Origin: an uncultured Nitrososphaerales archaeon
GTDB taxonomy: Archaea; Thermoproteota; Nitrososphaeria; Nitrososphaerales; Nitrososphaeraceae
Assembly (NCBI GenBank): GCA_963695855.1
Contig: CAVOHZ010000008.1
Span: forward strand, 32,001 to 96,000
DNA: 64,000 nucleotides
Direction of reading: 5' to 3'
This document shows, piece by piece, positions 42,494-53,593 of the stretch (within the stretch, counting starts at the first letter, position 1; each line of letters opens with the position of its first letter). The notes beneath the pieces are model-generated. The model searched no databases and was not told the DNA's origin. It saw nothing but the letters and a program-made list of their open reading frames with translations. The translations under genes were made by a program, and so were the position numbers.

Positions 42494-43486
42494 TTGTCGG
42501 ATCAAAATAATAAGAGTAATACAACTATTGATGAATTTGCCAGAGATGTAAAATATGGATTAGGCCGAAAAAGAAAGAGACTTGACCCAAAATACTTTTA
42601 TGATAAGACAGGCTCAGAACTTTTTGAATCAATTTGTACTCAACCTGAATATTATTTAACTAGAACGGAATATAAAATAATACTAAAAAATATGGGAGAT
42701 TTAGTTAATTATTTTCACAATCAAAATGTGTCCATTATTGAATTAGGTAGTGGTAGCTCTAAGAAAACCAAAATAATCCTCAAATATTTTCTAGAAAAAC
42801 AAGAGAACAAATTGCATTATTTTCCAATAGATGTATCTTATGAAATGTTGTTCAATAGTAATAAAAAACTGCTAAAGGATTTTCCAAAAATTACGAGTTA
42901 TCCAATATCCTCTGATTATTTTGATGGAATAAGACAAGCTAATGAATATATTCATTCTAATGGTAACATTCCAGATAAAAAATTGATACTATTCTTTGGT
43001 TCAAGTTTGGGAAACTTTCAACCAAAATATGCGATAAGCTTTTTAAGATCCATTAGAAAAGGATTAGCCCCAGATGATTCTTTTTTGATAGGATTTGATC
43101 TTGTAAAGAAAAAGGAGGTTTTGGAAGCAGCTTATAACGACGGAAACGGAATAACAGCTCAATTCAATTTAAACATTTTAAGGAGAATAAATAATGAATT
43201 AGATGGAGAATTTGATTTAGAATCATTTAAGCACTTTGCTTACTTTAACGAAAAAAAAAGTAGAATTGAAATGCATCTTGTTTCAAAAATCAAACAAAAT
43301 GTTAAGATAGGAAAAATTAACAAATCATTTAATTTTTTAAAAAATGAATCAATCCACACTGAAAATTCTTACAAGTACAAGATAGAAGATATTAAAAATT
43401 TCGCTAAAAAAAGTAGTATGAAGGTGGAAAAAAACTTTTTAGATGACAACCACTGGTTTAGTTTATCTCTGTTGGTTCCAAATTAA
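42494..43486 (+). CDS. egtD: L-histidine N(alpha)-methyltransferase
   Basis: PKYFYDKTGSELFE.I..QPEYYLTRTE, ELGSGSSKKT, GSSLGNF, AYND..GITAQFNLN, IHTENSYKY. Confidence 0.95.
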   Translation: MSDQNNKSNTTIDEFARDVKYGLGRKRKRLDPKYFYDKTGSELFESICTQPEYYLTRTEYKIILKNMGDLVNYFHNQNVSIIELGSGSSKKTKIILKYFLEKQENKLHYFPIDVSYEMLFNSNKKLLKDFPKITSYPISSDYFDGIRQANEYIHSNGNIPDKKLILFFGSSLGNFQPKYAISFLRSIRKGLAPDDSFLIGFDLVKKKEVLEAAYNDGNGITAQFNLNILRRINNELDGEFDLESFKHFAYFNEKKSRIEMHLVSKIKQNVKIGKINKSFNFLKNESIHTENSYKYKIEDIKNFAKKSSMKVEKNFLDDNHWFSLSLLVPN

Positions 43487-43488
43487 GA

Positions 43489-44828
43489 TTATTTTGCACA
43501 ACGAAATCCTGCAAAGAGGATCCGTTCGTGGGGTTTGAAGTAGTTTCTATAGCTGGTTCGAATTTGACGTCGTGGTGTTGCAAAAGATCCGCCGCGTAAA
43601 ACTTTTTGGTTTATAGCCCATTTATCGGTGTATCCGGAAATTTTGGTTGAAATCCTGGATAAAGGGAGTATTCAGAGCTTGTCCATTCCCAAATATCACC
43701 AATCATTTGATAACATCCGTAGAAGCTCTTTCCCTTTTCATAACAACCACATTTTGATGTTTTCCAAAGAAATGATTCTAACAGATTGGCGTTTTCAGGC
43801 TTTGGAGAATCATCCCCCCAAGGATAAATTGTTTTTCTATTTAGATCTTCATTCCAACTAGATGCCTTTTCCCATTCTGCTTCAGTAGGTAGTCTTTTTC
43901 CTGCCCATCTTGCGTAAGCATCAGCTTCATAGTAACTGATATTTATTACAGGTTCATCGGGATCTACTGGATTTATTCCAAAAAAATCCTTTTTCATCCA
44001 AACACCCTGCCTTTTAAACCAGTAAAGAGGACATTGCCAATCAAATTCTTGAACAAGATCCCACCCATCAGAAAGCCAATACCTGTATTTTTGGTATCCA
44101 CCTTCGTCAATAAATCTCATGAAATCTTCGTTGGATACGGGTGTAGTATCTATTTTAAAGGGATACAAAAACACATTGTGTTCTGGTAGTTCATTATCAT
44201 AAGAGAAACCTTTTCCAGAAAACCCAAGTTCATATATTCCACCCGGGATAGATATCATCTCTTTACGTTGTTCTTCTGAAATAGTTTTTTCTGGGTCCTT
44301 GTTAACTTTAAAAGGTTTGTAGTTATCATGTGGATCGGGAAATCTCTCAAAATAGTTTTGAAAATCATAAATCATCAATTCTTGATGTTGCATTTCATGT
44401 TGATTCCCTAATCGTATATCATACAGGATGTTTGGCAAGAGGTGGTTTTCATTGCCTACTGCTTCTAAAAAGGAAATGACATTCTTTTCAATTTGCTTTC
44501 TGTAGATAAGACTCTCTGATACAGTAGGTCGTGGAAATCTTCCTCTTTCATTTTTTGGTAAAATCGTTTCAAATTTTTGATAATAAGAATTTAAATAATC
44601 TAAATTTAGATTTTCAAAAGATACCTTAATTCCATATTTTGTCAATATCTTATGAAAGAACCATGTTACATGAGATATATGCCAATTTGGCGGGCTTCCA
44701 AACGGGTCGGATTGGATAACCGCATCCTCTGTCTTGAGGGACTTGAAAAGGTTATCAGTTAATTTTCTGACGTCCCCAAATTCAGAAATAAGCGACGAAA
44801 TGCCCTCAGTTATCACCTTAGCCATCAA
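43489..44828 (-). CDS. egtB: Ergothioneine sulfoxide synthase, with a 1-bp frameshift at ~43634
   Basis: WHISH..WFF, NSYY, HEMQHQEL and an FGE-like domain; the shifted frame restores YTDKW..NQKVLRGGS...YRNYF...FAGFRCAK*. Confidence 0.9.
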
Positions 44829-44966
44829 TATTAATTGTGCTTAAAATTAATTAAATCTTTACCTTTTTTTAAATAGGTGAGAAAAAATAAGTTGTTAAAC
44901 AATAAATTGACATAAATAAATATAACATAAATTAATCGATTAATATCTGCTGGAAGTTATGTACAA

Positions 44967-45812
44967 ATGAGTCGCTTTTTCTCCCCTGATAGTGAATCGA
45001 ATCTAATAGAAAAATTAGTTAAAAATTCTTTCAGGTCAATAGATGAAGGGTTGTATGAGGTAGCAAATTTCGATCGTACACATGATGCAATGAGTCTTCC
45101 AAACAACATTCGTTCCATGATCAATATAAGAAAAGTACCGATCATAACAGAAGTAAAATTTTCTTCTCCATCAAAGGGAAATATTGTTGATAGTCAAAAG
45201 GTAAATCCAGTAAATATAGCTAATCAAATGATAAGAGGTGGAGCCATAGGACTCTCTGTTTTAACACAAAAGTATTTTTTTAACGGGTCGATAAATAACT
45301 TTATCGTTATTAGGAAAAATACTAGTGTTCCAATGTTGATGAAAGATATTATCGTGAGTGAAAACCAAATTGATTGTGCTAAAAAAATTGGCGCTGACTA
45401 TGTATTGTTAATAAAGACAGTATTTGATAAAAATTTAGCTGAAGCAAGCATAGAAAAATTTTCAGAGTATTCATACAGAAAAGGATTGAATATTTTGTAT
45501 GAGGTTCATTTAGACGATGAATTCAAAGAGATCCTTGATTTTAAAGTCAGAAGAAATGATTTAATTGGAATCAATAATCGCAATCTCAATAATCTGAAAA
45601 TTGATTTAAAAACTACTGAAAATCTGTTGAAAAAATATGACAAAGGAAGGAACTTGATTGTAAGCGAAAGTGGCATTGAGAGTACAGAACAAATAAGATA
45701 TCTGAAAAAGGCAGGGGCAGATGCATTTTTAATAGGGACGAGCATAATGGAAAAAGCTGAAAATATCTCGTCCAAAGTAAAAGAACTCGTTAATGGTACG
45801 AGTAGCTACTAA
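44967..45812 (+). CDS. trpC: Indole-3-glycerol-phosphate synthase
   Basis: ITEVKFSSPSKG, LSVLT, MKDII, IGINNRNL, VSESGI, FLIGTSIM. Confidence 0.95.
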   Translation: MSRFFSPDSESNLIEKLVKNSFRSIDEGLYEVANFDRTHDAMSLPNNIRSMINIRKVPIITEVKFSSPSKGNIVDSQKVNPVNIANQMIRGGAIGLSVLTQKYFFNGSINNFIVIRKNTSVPMLMKDIIVSENQIDCAKKIGADYVLLIKTVFDKNLAEASIEKFSEYSYRKGLNILYEVHLDDEFKEILDFKVRRNDLIGINNRNLNNLKIDLKTTENLLKKYDKGRNLIVSESGIESTEQIRYLKKAGADAFLIGTSIMEKAENISSKVKELVNGTSSY

Positions 45813-46777
45813 CCAGCCAAGACCCCCCCAGAAATAATCGGATTCCTTGAGTAATATCGCAACTCTAGCCAATATTAGATTACCTTCGTTAATTGCTTGT
45901 TGTTACAAAATTGGTATATGATATAGCCTCATTTCATATCGCCACACCAGTAATGTGATAAAGTTTTAGAGATTTTAGAATAATTGCAATTTTAAAATAT
46001 TCGATCTCCATAATCAGAAATATAGGAATTTCCTGCCGATAATTTAATGAATTTTTGTTTATATCTGTAATATCTTTCTGTATTGGTTCTGGAAATATAC
46101 TACCAATAATAATTGCGAAACCTTTACAGAAAAGGAGGAAAAACGTTTCATATTAATGCCTTCTTTTGTCTATACTTTTTCTTTTTGTTTATATCTTCGA
46201 TAGCATTCGGATAGTTATTTGTAAAGACGCTGCTACATAATATTAAATTGAATTTTTAACAAAAAATATATTACTTTATTGTAAATATTACACACATTTT
46301 TGTTTATATCTGCAAACCTCGATGATTTCAATCAATTAAAATTGGCTATTAAATGAAGTGTATACCTCAAAAGTTATGGAGGTCTATCACTTGGATTTGA
46401 TAAAATTTAGTTGTATTATTAATGGCTATCTAATACTCTGGAAAAAATTCGAAAGTTAGAGAATTTCTAGTAAATTGCCGTTTTGTGAAGAAACTTTTAG
46501 GTAATTGAGGTAGTTGATATTCATCAAACCAGTATCGACAGTACTGCATTCCAGAAATTCCTACCATGCATTCCTATTATGCTCGAATTTTTTTTAAAAT
46601 GTTAGTATCAGGTGAAAAAAATAAATTTTAATATATTGGTAGCAGCTCTTTCAATATTTTAATAACGATGATAGGAATTTATTTGGTATACAATTAATTT
46701 ATCTTTTATTTTTATACCAAAATTAAGTATATCAATTCATATTGTCTATAAATTGAATTCATTAACAGCATTACAAG

Positions 46778-47965
46778 ATGAAATATAATTTTCCAAAAGA
46801 TGGCAGATATGGAAAATTTGGTGGGAAATATATTCCAGAAACCTTGATTCCTGCTATAGAAGAATTAGAATATTCATATAAAAAATATAGTAATGATCCG
46901 GATTTTAAAAGAGAACTATCAGAATATTTGAAAGACTATGCAGGAAGACCAACACCCTTGTATTTTGCTAAAAATCTAACAAAATATGTTGGAGGCGCAA
47001 AGATTTACATTAAAAGAGAAGATTTGCTTCACGGAGGAGCTCATAAGACAAATAATACCATTGGACAGTGCATTCTAGCAAAAAGAATGGGCAAGAAGAG
47101 AATAATCGCAGAAACAGGGGCTGGACAACATGGTGTTGGTACCGCTTTAGCATCGGCGGTTCTTGGACTTGACTGTGAAGTTTATATGGGTTTAAAAGAT
47201 ACTGAGAGACAGAAACTTAATGTCTTTAGAATGAAATTATTAGGATCCAAGGTTCATCCTGTACTGTCTGGTTCACAAACACTAAAAGATGCAATTAACG
47301 AAGCACTACGGGATTGGATAACCAATGTCAAAACTACCTATTATGTAATTGGTTCAGTAGTTGGTCCTCATCCTTATCCAATGATAGTTAGAGATTTCCA
47401 GAGTGTTATTGGCAAAGAAATAAAACAACAATGTAATGAGAAATTTGGTGGATTACCCAACGCAATAGTTGCCTGTGTGGGTGGCGGCAGTAATGCAATA
47501 GGTTCATTCTATCCCTTTATTGACGATAAGGAAGTATCTTTGTATGGAATCGAAGCAGGAGGACGTGGTACAAAATCTGGAAAACATGCTGCAACTTTAG
47601 TATCAGGATCTATAGGAATCCTTCACGGGATGAAGACCTATCTACTACAGGACAGCACAGGACAGGTTTCTGAAACACATAGTGTATCTGCGGGCCTTGA
47701 CTATCCAGGTGTAGGTCCAGAACATTCCTATTTGAAGGAGATAAGGCGAGTAATTTACAAATCCTGTACAGACGAACAAGCCATACAAGCCTTCATGACA
47801 CTATCGAAACGTGAGGGAATAATTCCTGCACTCGAATCAGCTCATGCTATCAGCTATGGAATGAAATTAGCGGAAAAGATGCGGTCAACAGAAAAGATTG
47901 TCATCACTTTGTCGGGAAGAGGAGATAAAGACGTAGAAATAGTTCAAAAATATATTGAGAAATAA
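46778..47965 (+). CDS. trpB: Tryptophan synthase beta chain
   Basis: [51 protein letters not shown]. Confidence 0.98.
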   Translation: MKYNFPKDGRYGKFGGKYIPETLIPAIEELEYSYKKYSNDPDFKRELSEYLKDYAGRPTPLYFAKNLTKYVGGAKIYIKREDLLHGGAHKTNNTIGQCILAKRMGKKRIIAETGAGQHGVGTALASAVLGLDCEVYMGLKDTERQKLNVFRMKLLGSKVHPVLSGSQTLKDAINEALRDWITNVKTTYYVIGSVVGPHPYPMIVRDFQSVIGKEIKQQCNEKFGGLPNAIVACVGGGSNAIGSFYPFIDDKEVSLYGIEAGGRGTKSGKHAATLVSGSIGILHGMKTYLLQDSTGQVSETHSVSAGLDYPGVGPEHSYLKEIRRVIYKSCTDEQAIQAFMTLSKREGIIPALESAHAISYGMKLAEKMRSTEKIVITLSGRGDKDVEIVQKYIEK

Positions 47966-48817
47966 TTGGAGATGGCATTTTTGACGAAAATTGTATCAAA
48001 CAGAATAGATAAAAAATTTAAAGAGTTAAAAGAAAAAAAAGATAATGCTTTAATATGTTATGTTGTGGCCGGATATCCAGACATAAAAACTTCTGAAGAT
48101 ATTATTGTGGCTCTGATTGAAGGGGGTGCAGATATGATAGAGATTGGAATTCCTTTTTCAGACCCCATTGCGGATGGTAATACCATACAGGAAGCTATAC
48201 ATCAATCCTTACTATCAGGAATTACACCAGAGCAGTGTTTGGAATTATCACAAAGGATTAGGAACAAATTTCCAGACGTACCATTAATTATAATGACATA
48301 TTCTAATATTTTATTCAGGAAAGGTTATGAAGAGTTCCTGAGCTTGGCAAAGGAAAAAGGTATCGATGGATGTATATTACCAGATATTCCCTTTGAGGAA
48401 TCAGAAGAATATGTTACTGCAGCAAGAAAGACAGGTATTGCTACAATTTTCTTGACAGCCCCTAATACTGAAGAAAAGAGGCTGAAAGATATTAATGACA
48501 TTTGCTCTGGATTTCTATATGTTGTTTCGGTATTTGGAATAACTGGCGAACGTAAAAAGTTTGACAGATATACATATGATGTAATAAAGAAAGTCAAAAA
48601 GATAACTAAGAACAAGATACCTATTGCAGCAGGATTTGGAATAAGCAAACCTGAACATGTGAGGGATATGCTTCAAGCGGGTGCAGATGCAGTGATTGTT
48701 GGAAGCGCTATTATAAGAAAAATAAAAGAAACTGAAAATAAGAAAAACTTACCAAGTATATTAAGAAATTTTACAGTGGACATGAAAACTACTTGTCATG
48801 AAATTAGAGGAATATAG
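47966..48817 (+). CDS. trpA: Tryptophan synthase alpha chain
   Basis: EIGIPFSDPIADG..IQ, GITG, GFGIS, GADAVIVGSA. Confidence 0.97.
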   Translation: MEMAFLTKIVSNRIDKKFKELKEKKDNALICYVVAGYPDIKTSEDIIVALIEGGADMIEIGIPFSDPIADGNTIQEAIHQSLLSGITPEQCLELSQRIRNKFPDVPLIIMTYSNILFRKGYEEFLSLAKEKGIDGCILPDIPFEESEEYVTAARKTGIATIFLTAPNTEEKRLKDINDICSGFLYVVSVFGITGERKKFDRYTYDVIKKVKKITKNKIPIAAGFGISKPEHVRDMLQAGADAVIVGSAIIRKIKETENKKNLPSILRNFTVDMKTTCHEIRGI

Positions 48818-48842
48818 AGTTAAAATACTCTAATATAAATAA

Positions 48843-49169
48843 TCAACAAAGGACTAATCCCGAGATATCTTTTGCAAACAACATATTATTAATAGTAATA
48901 TGATACGATCTTCCATGTCTATCAACTATTAATTCGATATCATCTAATCTTTCTGAAACCAATCCACCTTCATATTTTTTAATTACAACATGAATAGTTT
49001 CATGGGATATCAGGGATTCCATGAAAGGTTCAATATATTGAAAATCATTATTGGAAGACATCGCACCGGATCTGGATTGAATGATAATCATGCTATCTTC
49101 ATTGTCATATGTAAAATATGCTGGCGAATCATCAATAGAACATGCGAAAATAAAATCCCTAATAGACAT
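48843..49169 (-). CDS. Conserved hypothetical protein with HExxH motif
   Basis: ISHETIH. Confidence 0.65.
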   Translation of the reverse strand: MSIRDFIFACSIDDSPAYFTYDNEDSMIIIQSRSGAMSSNNDFQYIEPFMESLISHETIHVVIKKYEGGLVSERLDDIELIVDRHGRSYHITINNMLFAKDISGLVLC

Positions 49170-49273
49170 CAGAAGTATATCAGAATGTATTTTAATTAAC
49201 TGTATTTATCGGAAATACATGAAATTGCTTTTATTACAAAAAATACATGAAATAAAAATCACAAATAAAATTG

Positions 49274-51802
49274 CTATAGAATGAAATATTCTGCCTCAGG
49301 ATGATGGACTACTATAGCGGCAGTAGACTGGTCTGGTATTATCTGTCCAGATTCTGTTAATGTCATTCCTGATTTTGACGGATCTAAAAGAGTCCATACT
49401 AACTTATGTTGAGAAATGTCTGGGCAGCTTGGGTATCCCCAGCTATATCTAAGACCACGATTAGATTCCAGTTTTAGATCTTTACGGATTAAATTGTTAG
49501 TCCAATCAGCTAATGCTTCAGCAGTTTCAACTGCAAGACCATGTAAAAAATATGCATCAGTATATAGATTTTCTAAATTCCATTTTTCGATAATCTCAGA
49601 AACCTTCACTCCAACAGTAACTGCTTGAAATGCCACGATGTCGTCCTTTCCAAAATAGTCAGTTATGCACAGGTTTTTTCTCTTTGTAGATCGCGGAAAG
49701 TCAAATACGACCTGACTACCATCGGCAGAATCAACAACAAGTTTATTTCCGTTGTTATGACATCTAAAGTAGCCATACACTACTTTGGGTGAAAATAGAT
49801 CTTCATCTATAACTTTTTTTTTCCATTCTATGAATAACTTTTCTGATTCATCAGATAATCCCTTTGCTGCCTTTCCCCGAAAACTCCAGGAAAGAACAAA
49901 AAGCGATTTTTTATTTATGAATTTCCACACTTCGTTGAGATCGATACTCTCTGATTCAAGTCTAATAGGGATATTCATGTTAGGGGGTATTGGAGGTTCA
50001 ACTGGTTTGATGCCGCTATGTGGAAGTATTTTTTCAGTTGTCCCTATCGCAATTTTTGATTCTTTCCATTGCTGTAATCTTTGTCTCCAATTTAGTACAT
50101 ATTCCTCTCTTGTATCAGACATTATATTATTGACAACATTTAATCCTTCAAAGGCTGTCTTGCAATAGAAGACTCCTGGTTCATAAATTTTTTTTCCTTT
50201 AGCAATTCTGTTAATATAATTACTGTTTATTGCGGCTCCTCCACACAATACGGGTATCCTTAAATTATGTTCTCTTGCGTAATCTACAAATATCTGCATC
50301 TGTTTTGATGTTGACACCAAAAGCGCAGAAAGTCCAACTGCATCTGCTTTTACTTCTTCAATTTTGTCAAGAATATTTTGTAATGGAACCTGTTTACCAA
50401 GGTCATATACTGAATATCCGTTATTTGTCAAGATAGTTTTAACTAGATTCTTTCCAATATCATGAACATCACCATAAACAGTACATAATACAATCTTACC
50501 TTTTGATACATCTTTCTGTTTAATGAGATATTTTTCGAGCTCAGCAACAGCTGCCTTCATACATTCTGCCGATTTAAGAACAAATGGTAAAATTATTTCT
50601 CCGGCTCCAAATTTATCTCCGACTTCTTTCATTGCTGGAAGAAGAGTATCATTTAGAGTCTGGACTGCAGCATCATGAATATCTTGTTTAGAGACAACGT
50701 CAAAAAGTATCTCAAGAGAATCTATCTTTGTTCCTCCTTGTTCTTCTTTTTTCTTATTTGTTATATTGTCCTTTATTGCGCCAATTACATCTCGCTCAAT
50801 ACCATCGGGCAATCTGTTAACAATTCTATAGTAACATTTTTTATCATAACTCCATTTAGGATCTAAATCTAATTTTGTAACCTTTCCTATTTTCTGATCT
50901 GATTCATTTTTGTTTTCAAAATAAGATATCAATTCAGCTAACGCGTTATTATTCAGATTAAATATCAGATTTTCAACGAGTTCCCTTTCCTTAGGTACAA
51001 TATCAGTATATGCTACTATGTCTTTAGGATTTATTATCACCGAATCCAATCCGGCTTTTATTGCATGATATAAAAAGACTGAATTAACTATTTTCCTTGC
51101 TTGAACTGGAAGTCCAAAACTAACATTGCTTAAGCCTAATGTGGTAAAGCAGCCGGGAAGATTTTGTTTTACAAGGCGGATACCTTCTAATGTGTTTTTT
51201 GCAGAATCAAGAAATTCTTCCTGTCCAGTAGCCAAAGTAAATGTTAATACATCAAAAACGAATTGCCAGGATTTTAAACCATATTTCTTTCCTGTTTCAA
51301 ATAAGAGCTGGGCAGTTTCTAGTTTCTCTTGTGGGGTCTTGGCCATTCCCTTTGGACCAATACACATTGCAATTGCTGGTAATCCATATTTTGCCATAAG
51401 AGGTGCTAAAAGATGATATCTGCTTCCATCTCCTTCCAAATTTATTGAATTTATTATTGGTCTTCCTGGAATCTGTTTAATTGCTGCTTCTACTACAATA
51501 GGGTCTGTAGAATCTATTACCAACGGTGCTTCGATCTCTAGACTTAGCTTTTTGACTAGTTTACACATGAAATCCAGTTCGTCGGATCGTTCAGTAGTAG
51601 CAACACATACATCTAAACAATGAGCTCCTTCCTCTACCTGTGTTCTTGCTAAATTTACTAACCCATCAAAATCATCACGTAATACCATATCCTTGGCTTT
51701 TCTTGAGCCTTGACTGTTTACACGCTCTCCAATAATAAGTGGAGGAGGATTTTGTTGTATATCAACTGCATTTAATGCAGAACTAATTCTTGGGATCATC
51801 AA
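49274..51802 (-). CDS. metH: B12-dependent methionine synthase: pterin-binding, cap, cobalamin-binding and activation domains
   Basis: IIGERVN..GS, IDST, INSINLE, GLSNVSFG, GDVHDIGKN, RYSWGYPSCP. Confidence 0.95.
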   Translation of the reverse strand: MMIPRISSALNAVDIQQNPPPLIIGERVNSQGSRKAKDMVLRDDFDGLVNLARTQVEEGAHCLDVCVATTERSDELDFMCKLVKKLSLEIEAPLVIDSTDPIVVEAAIKQIPGRPIINSINLEGDGSRYHLLAPLMAKYGLPAIAMCIGPKGMAKTPQEKLETAQLLFETGKKYGLKSWQFVFDVLTFTLATGQEEFLDSAKNTLEGIRLVKQNLPGCFTTLGLSNVSFGLPVQARKIVNSVFLYHAIKAGLDSVIINPKDIVAYTDIVPKERELVENLIFNLNNNALAELISYFENKNESDQKIGKVTKLDLDPKWSYDKKCYYRIVNRLPDGIERDVIGAIKDNITNKKKEEQGGTKIDSLEILFDVVSKQDIHDAAVQTLNDTLLPAMKEVGDKFGAGEIILPFVLKSAECMKAAVAELEKYLIKQKDVSKGKIVLCTVYGDVHDIGKNLVKTILTNNGYSVYDLGKQVPLQNILDKIEEVKADAVGLSALLVSTSKQMQIFVDYAREHNLRIPVLCGGAAINSNYINRIAKGKKIYEPGVFYCKTAFEGLNVVNNIMSDTREEYVLNWRQRLQQWKESKIAIGTTEKILPHSGIKPVEPPIPPNMNIPIRLESESIDLNEVWKFINKKSLFVLSWSFRGKAAKGLSDESEKLFIEWKKKVIDEDLFSPKVVYGYFRCHNNGNKLVVDSADGSQVVFDFPRSTKRKNLCITDYFGKDDIVAFQAVTVGVKVSEIIEKWNLENLYTDAYFLHGLAVETAEALADWTNNLIRKDLKLESNRGLRYSWGYPSCPDISQHKLVWTLLDPSKSGMTLTESGQIIPDQSTAAIVVHHPEAEYFIL

Positions 51803-51913
51803 ATTTTCTATCCTCGCTAATATCTATTTCCTCTTTAATTGGGTATACAGAGTAATATTCGTTTTAATAATCATATAAAGTATTGATAACAACGAATCAT
51901 TCTGAAGGTTTAG

Positions 51914-52885
51914 TTAGATGTGTTTATTATCATTTTTATTATATTTATCAAGCATTTTGTGTAATTGTGAAATGTGCTCAGGTGTTGTACCACAACAGCC
52001 TCCTATAATTCTGACTTTCTGAAATTTTAATATAAATTCCTCTAATTTCTTTCCCAATTGTTCTGGTGTCATCTTATAGAGTGCTTTACCTCCATCATTG
52101 AGTGGCATTCCTGCATTGGGAACTATCAAGAGAGGAAGTTCATTTTGTTCATTTAACCATATCACGCTAGGAGTCATCTCATCTGGACCTGTGGAACAGT
52201 TTAACCCAAAGACATCAATTCCCATATCGCTAACAGTAGTAAATGCTGCTTGTACATTGGTTCCAAGAAGCATCTTTCCGTATTGGTCCAAAGTGACATT
52301 GGCAATAAGTGGAATCTTCTTTCCTAGTTTAGACATGGTATTCCTACATGCCTCTATTACTAACTTTACCTCGAGAATATCCTGACTCGTTTCAATTAGC
52401 AACGCATCAACACCTCCAAGAATCAGACCTTCAGCCTGTAATGCAAAAGATTCTATTATCTGTTCCAATGGTATTTGACCCAAATCTGGATCATTTGAGC
52501 TTGGAAGAAATCCAGACGGACCCATTGAGCCTATAACATATCGCGGTTTATCGCGAAATTCATTACATACTTCTCGTGCTAATTCCGCTGCTCTTTTATT
52601 GAATTGAACTGTCTGATCCCCAAATCCATATTCATCTAATTTGAATTTGTTGCCGCCAAACGTATTGGTCTCTATACAATCTGCACCTGCATTTAAGTAA
52701 TTTCTATGGATTTGTTTTATCCATTCTGGTCTACTCAATATCAAACCATCATTAAAACCATCTTTATTGTTTGGAAAATCCTGAGGTTCTGGGTTTAATT
52801 TCTGTATTTCTGTACCCATTGCACCATCAAAAAGCAGTATTCGTTTTTTTAGCTCCTCAGAAAAAGATTCATTCATGTGAAACAT
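51914..52885 (-). CDS. metH: Methionine synthase homocysteine-binding subunit (split MetH)
   Basis: LFDGAMGTEIQ, AGADCIETNTF, GLNCSTGP, IGGCCGTTPEHI. Confidence 0.95.
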   Translation of the reverse strand: MFHMNESFSEELKKRILLFDGAMGTEIQKLNPEPQDFPNNKDGFNDGLILSRPEWIKQIHRNYLNAGADCIETNTFGGNKFKLDEYGFGDQTVQFNKRAAELAREVCNEFRDKPRYVIGSMGPSGFLPSSNDPDLGQIPLEQIIESFALQAEGLILGGVDALLIETSQDILEVKLVIEACRNTMSKLGKKIPLIANVTLDQYGKMLLGTNVQAAFTTVSDMGIDVFGLNCSTGPDEMTPSVIWLNEQNELPLLIVPNAGMPLNDGGKALYKMTPEQLGKKLEEFILKFQKVRIIGGCCGTTPEHISQLHKMLDKYNKNDNKHI

Positions 52886-52951
52886 AATCGGATAGAATAA
52901 AGTTCAATTTATTATATTCTGTTGATAAATCGACAGATTCACTTTTTCCGG

Positions 52952-53431
52952 TTAGATTTTTTTATTTTTACCATAATCCCATGTGGAAAAATACAGGGGT
53001 GTAATTTCTAAAATAACCGAATTTCCTTGTTCAACATTTTCTAGTAGAATTTTTGCCATATCGTTATCTAGACTTCCTAGATATTTGATCATGATTTTTT
53101 TAGATATCATTAAATTGAAATCAAATGATCGAGAAATTGCTGTTTTGCCTTTTCCTCTTACTCCTTTATATGGAGGTTTGGGATCATCAATACAGAAATA
53201 AATGGTTTGGTTATTTGAGATATTTTGAATTTTTTTTGAGTTTCTATTAGTTTCAACATATATTGTATTCTTATTTGGATCATAATAGTACCAGGTTGGA
53301 TGAATATTTGGATCCTTTTTTTCATCTATTGTACCAAGATGAATGTTATGTGTTTGATTAACAAGAAAAGATACAATTTCGTCTTCCGTTAATGGATCAC
53401 TAAATCCCGGACTAGCGTTAAAAATTTTCAT
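52952..53431 (-). CDS. Pyridoxamine 5'-phosphate oxidase-like (flavin/F420) protein
   Basis: LGTID...P.IHPTWY, S.KIQNI..N, PPYKGVRGKG, STWDYGK. Confidence 0.85.
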   Translation of the reverse strand: MKIFNASPGFSDPLTEDEIVSFLVNQTHNIHLGTIDEKKDPNIHPTWYYYDPNKNTIYVETNRNSKKIQNISNNQTIYFCIDDPKPPYKGVRGKGKTAISRSFDFNLMISKKIMIKYLGSLDNDMAKILLENVEQGNSVILEITPLYFSTWDYGKNKKI

Positions 53432-53593
53432 AATAAAAAGAGCTCATAATAGCATATAAGATTTTTTTTCTTTAATACCCCAAATAATAAATAATACTGT
53501 TTATGTTATGAAAATTGAAAATAAATAAAAATGTTAAAAATTTATTTATTTATTATTAATCTATAAGATAATAATTATGACTATTGTTTACCA

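Noticed and set aside
49274-52885. Split methionine synthase as a novelty or broken gene
   Set aside because: Both parts are intact with their own starts, and split MetH is known in Nitrososphaerota.
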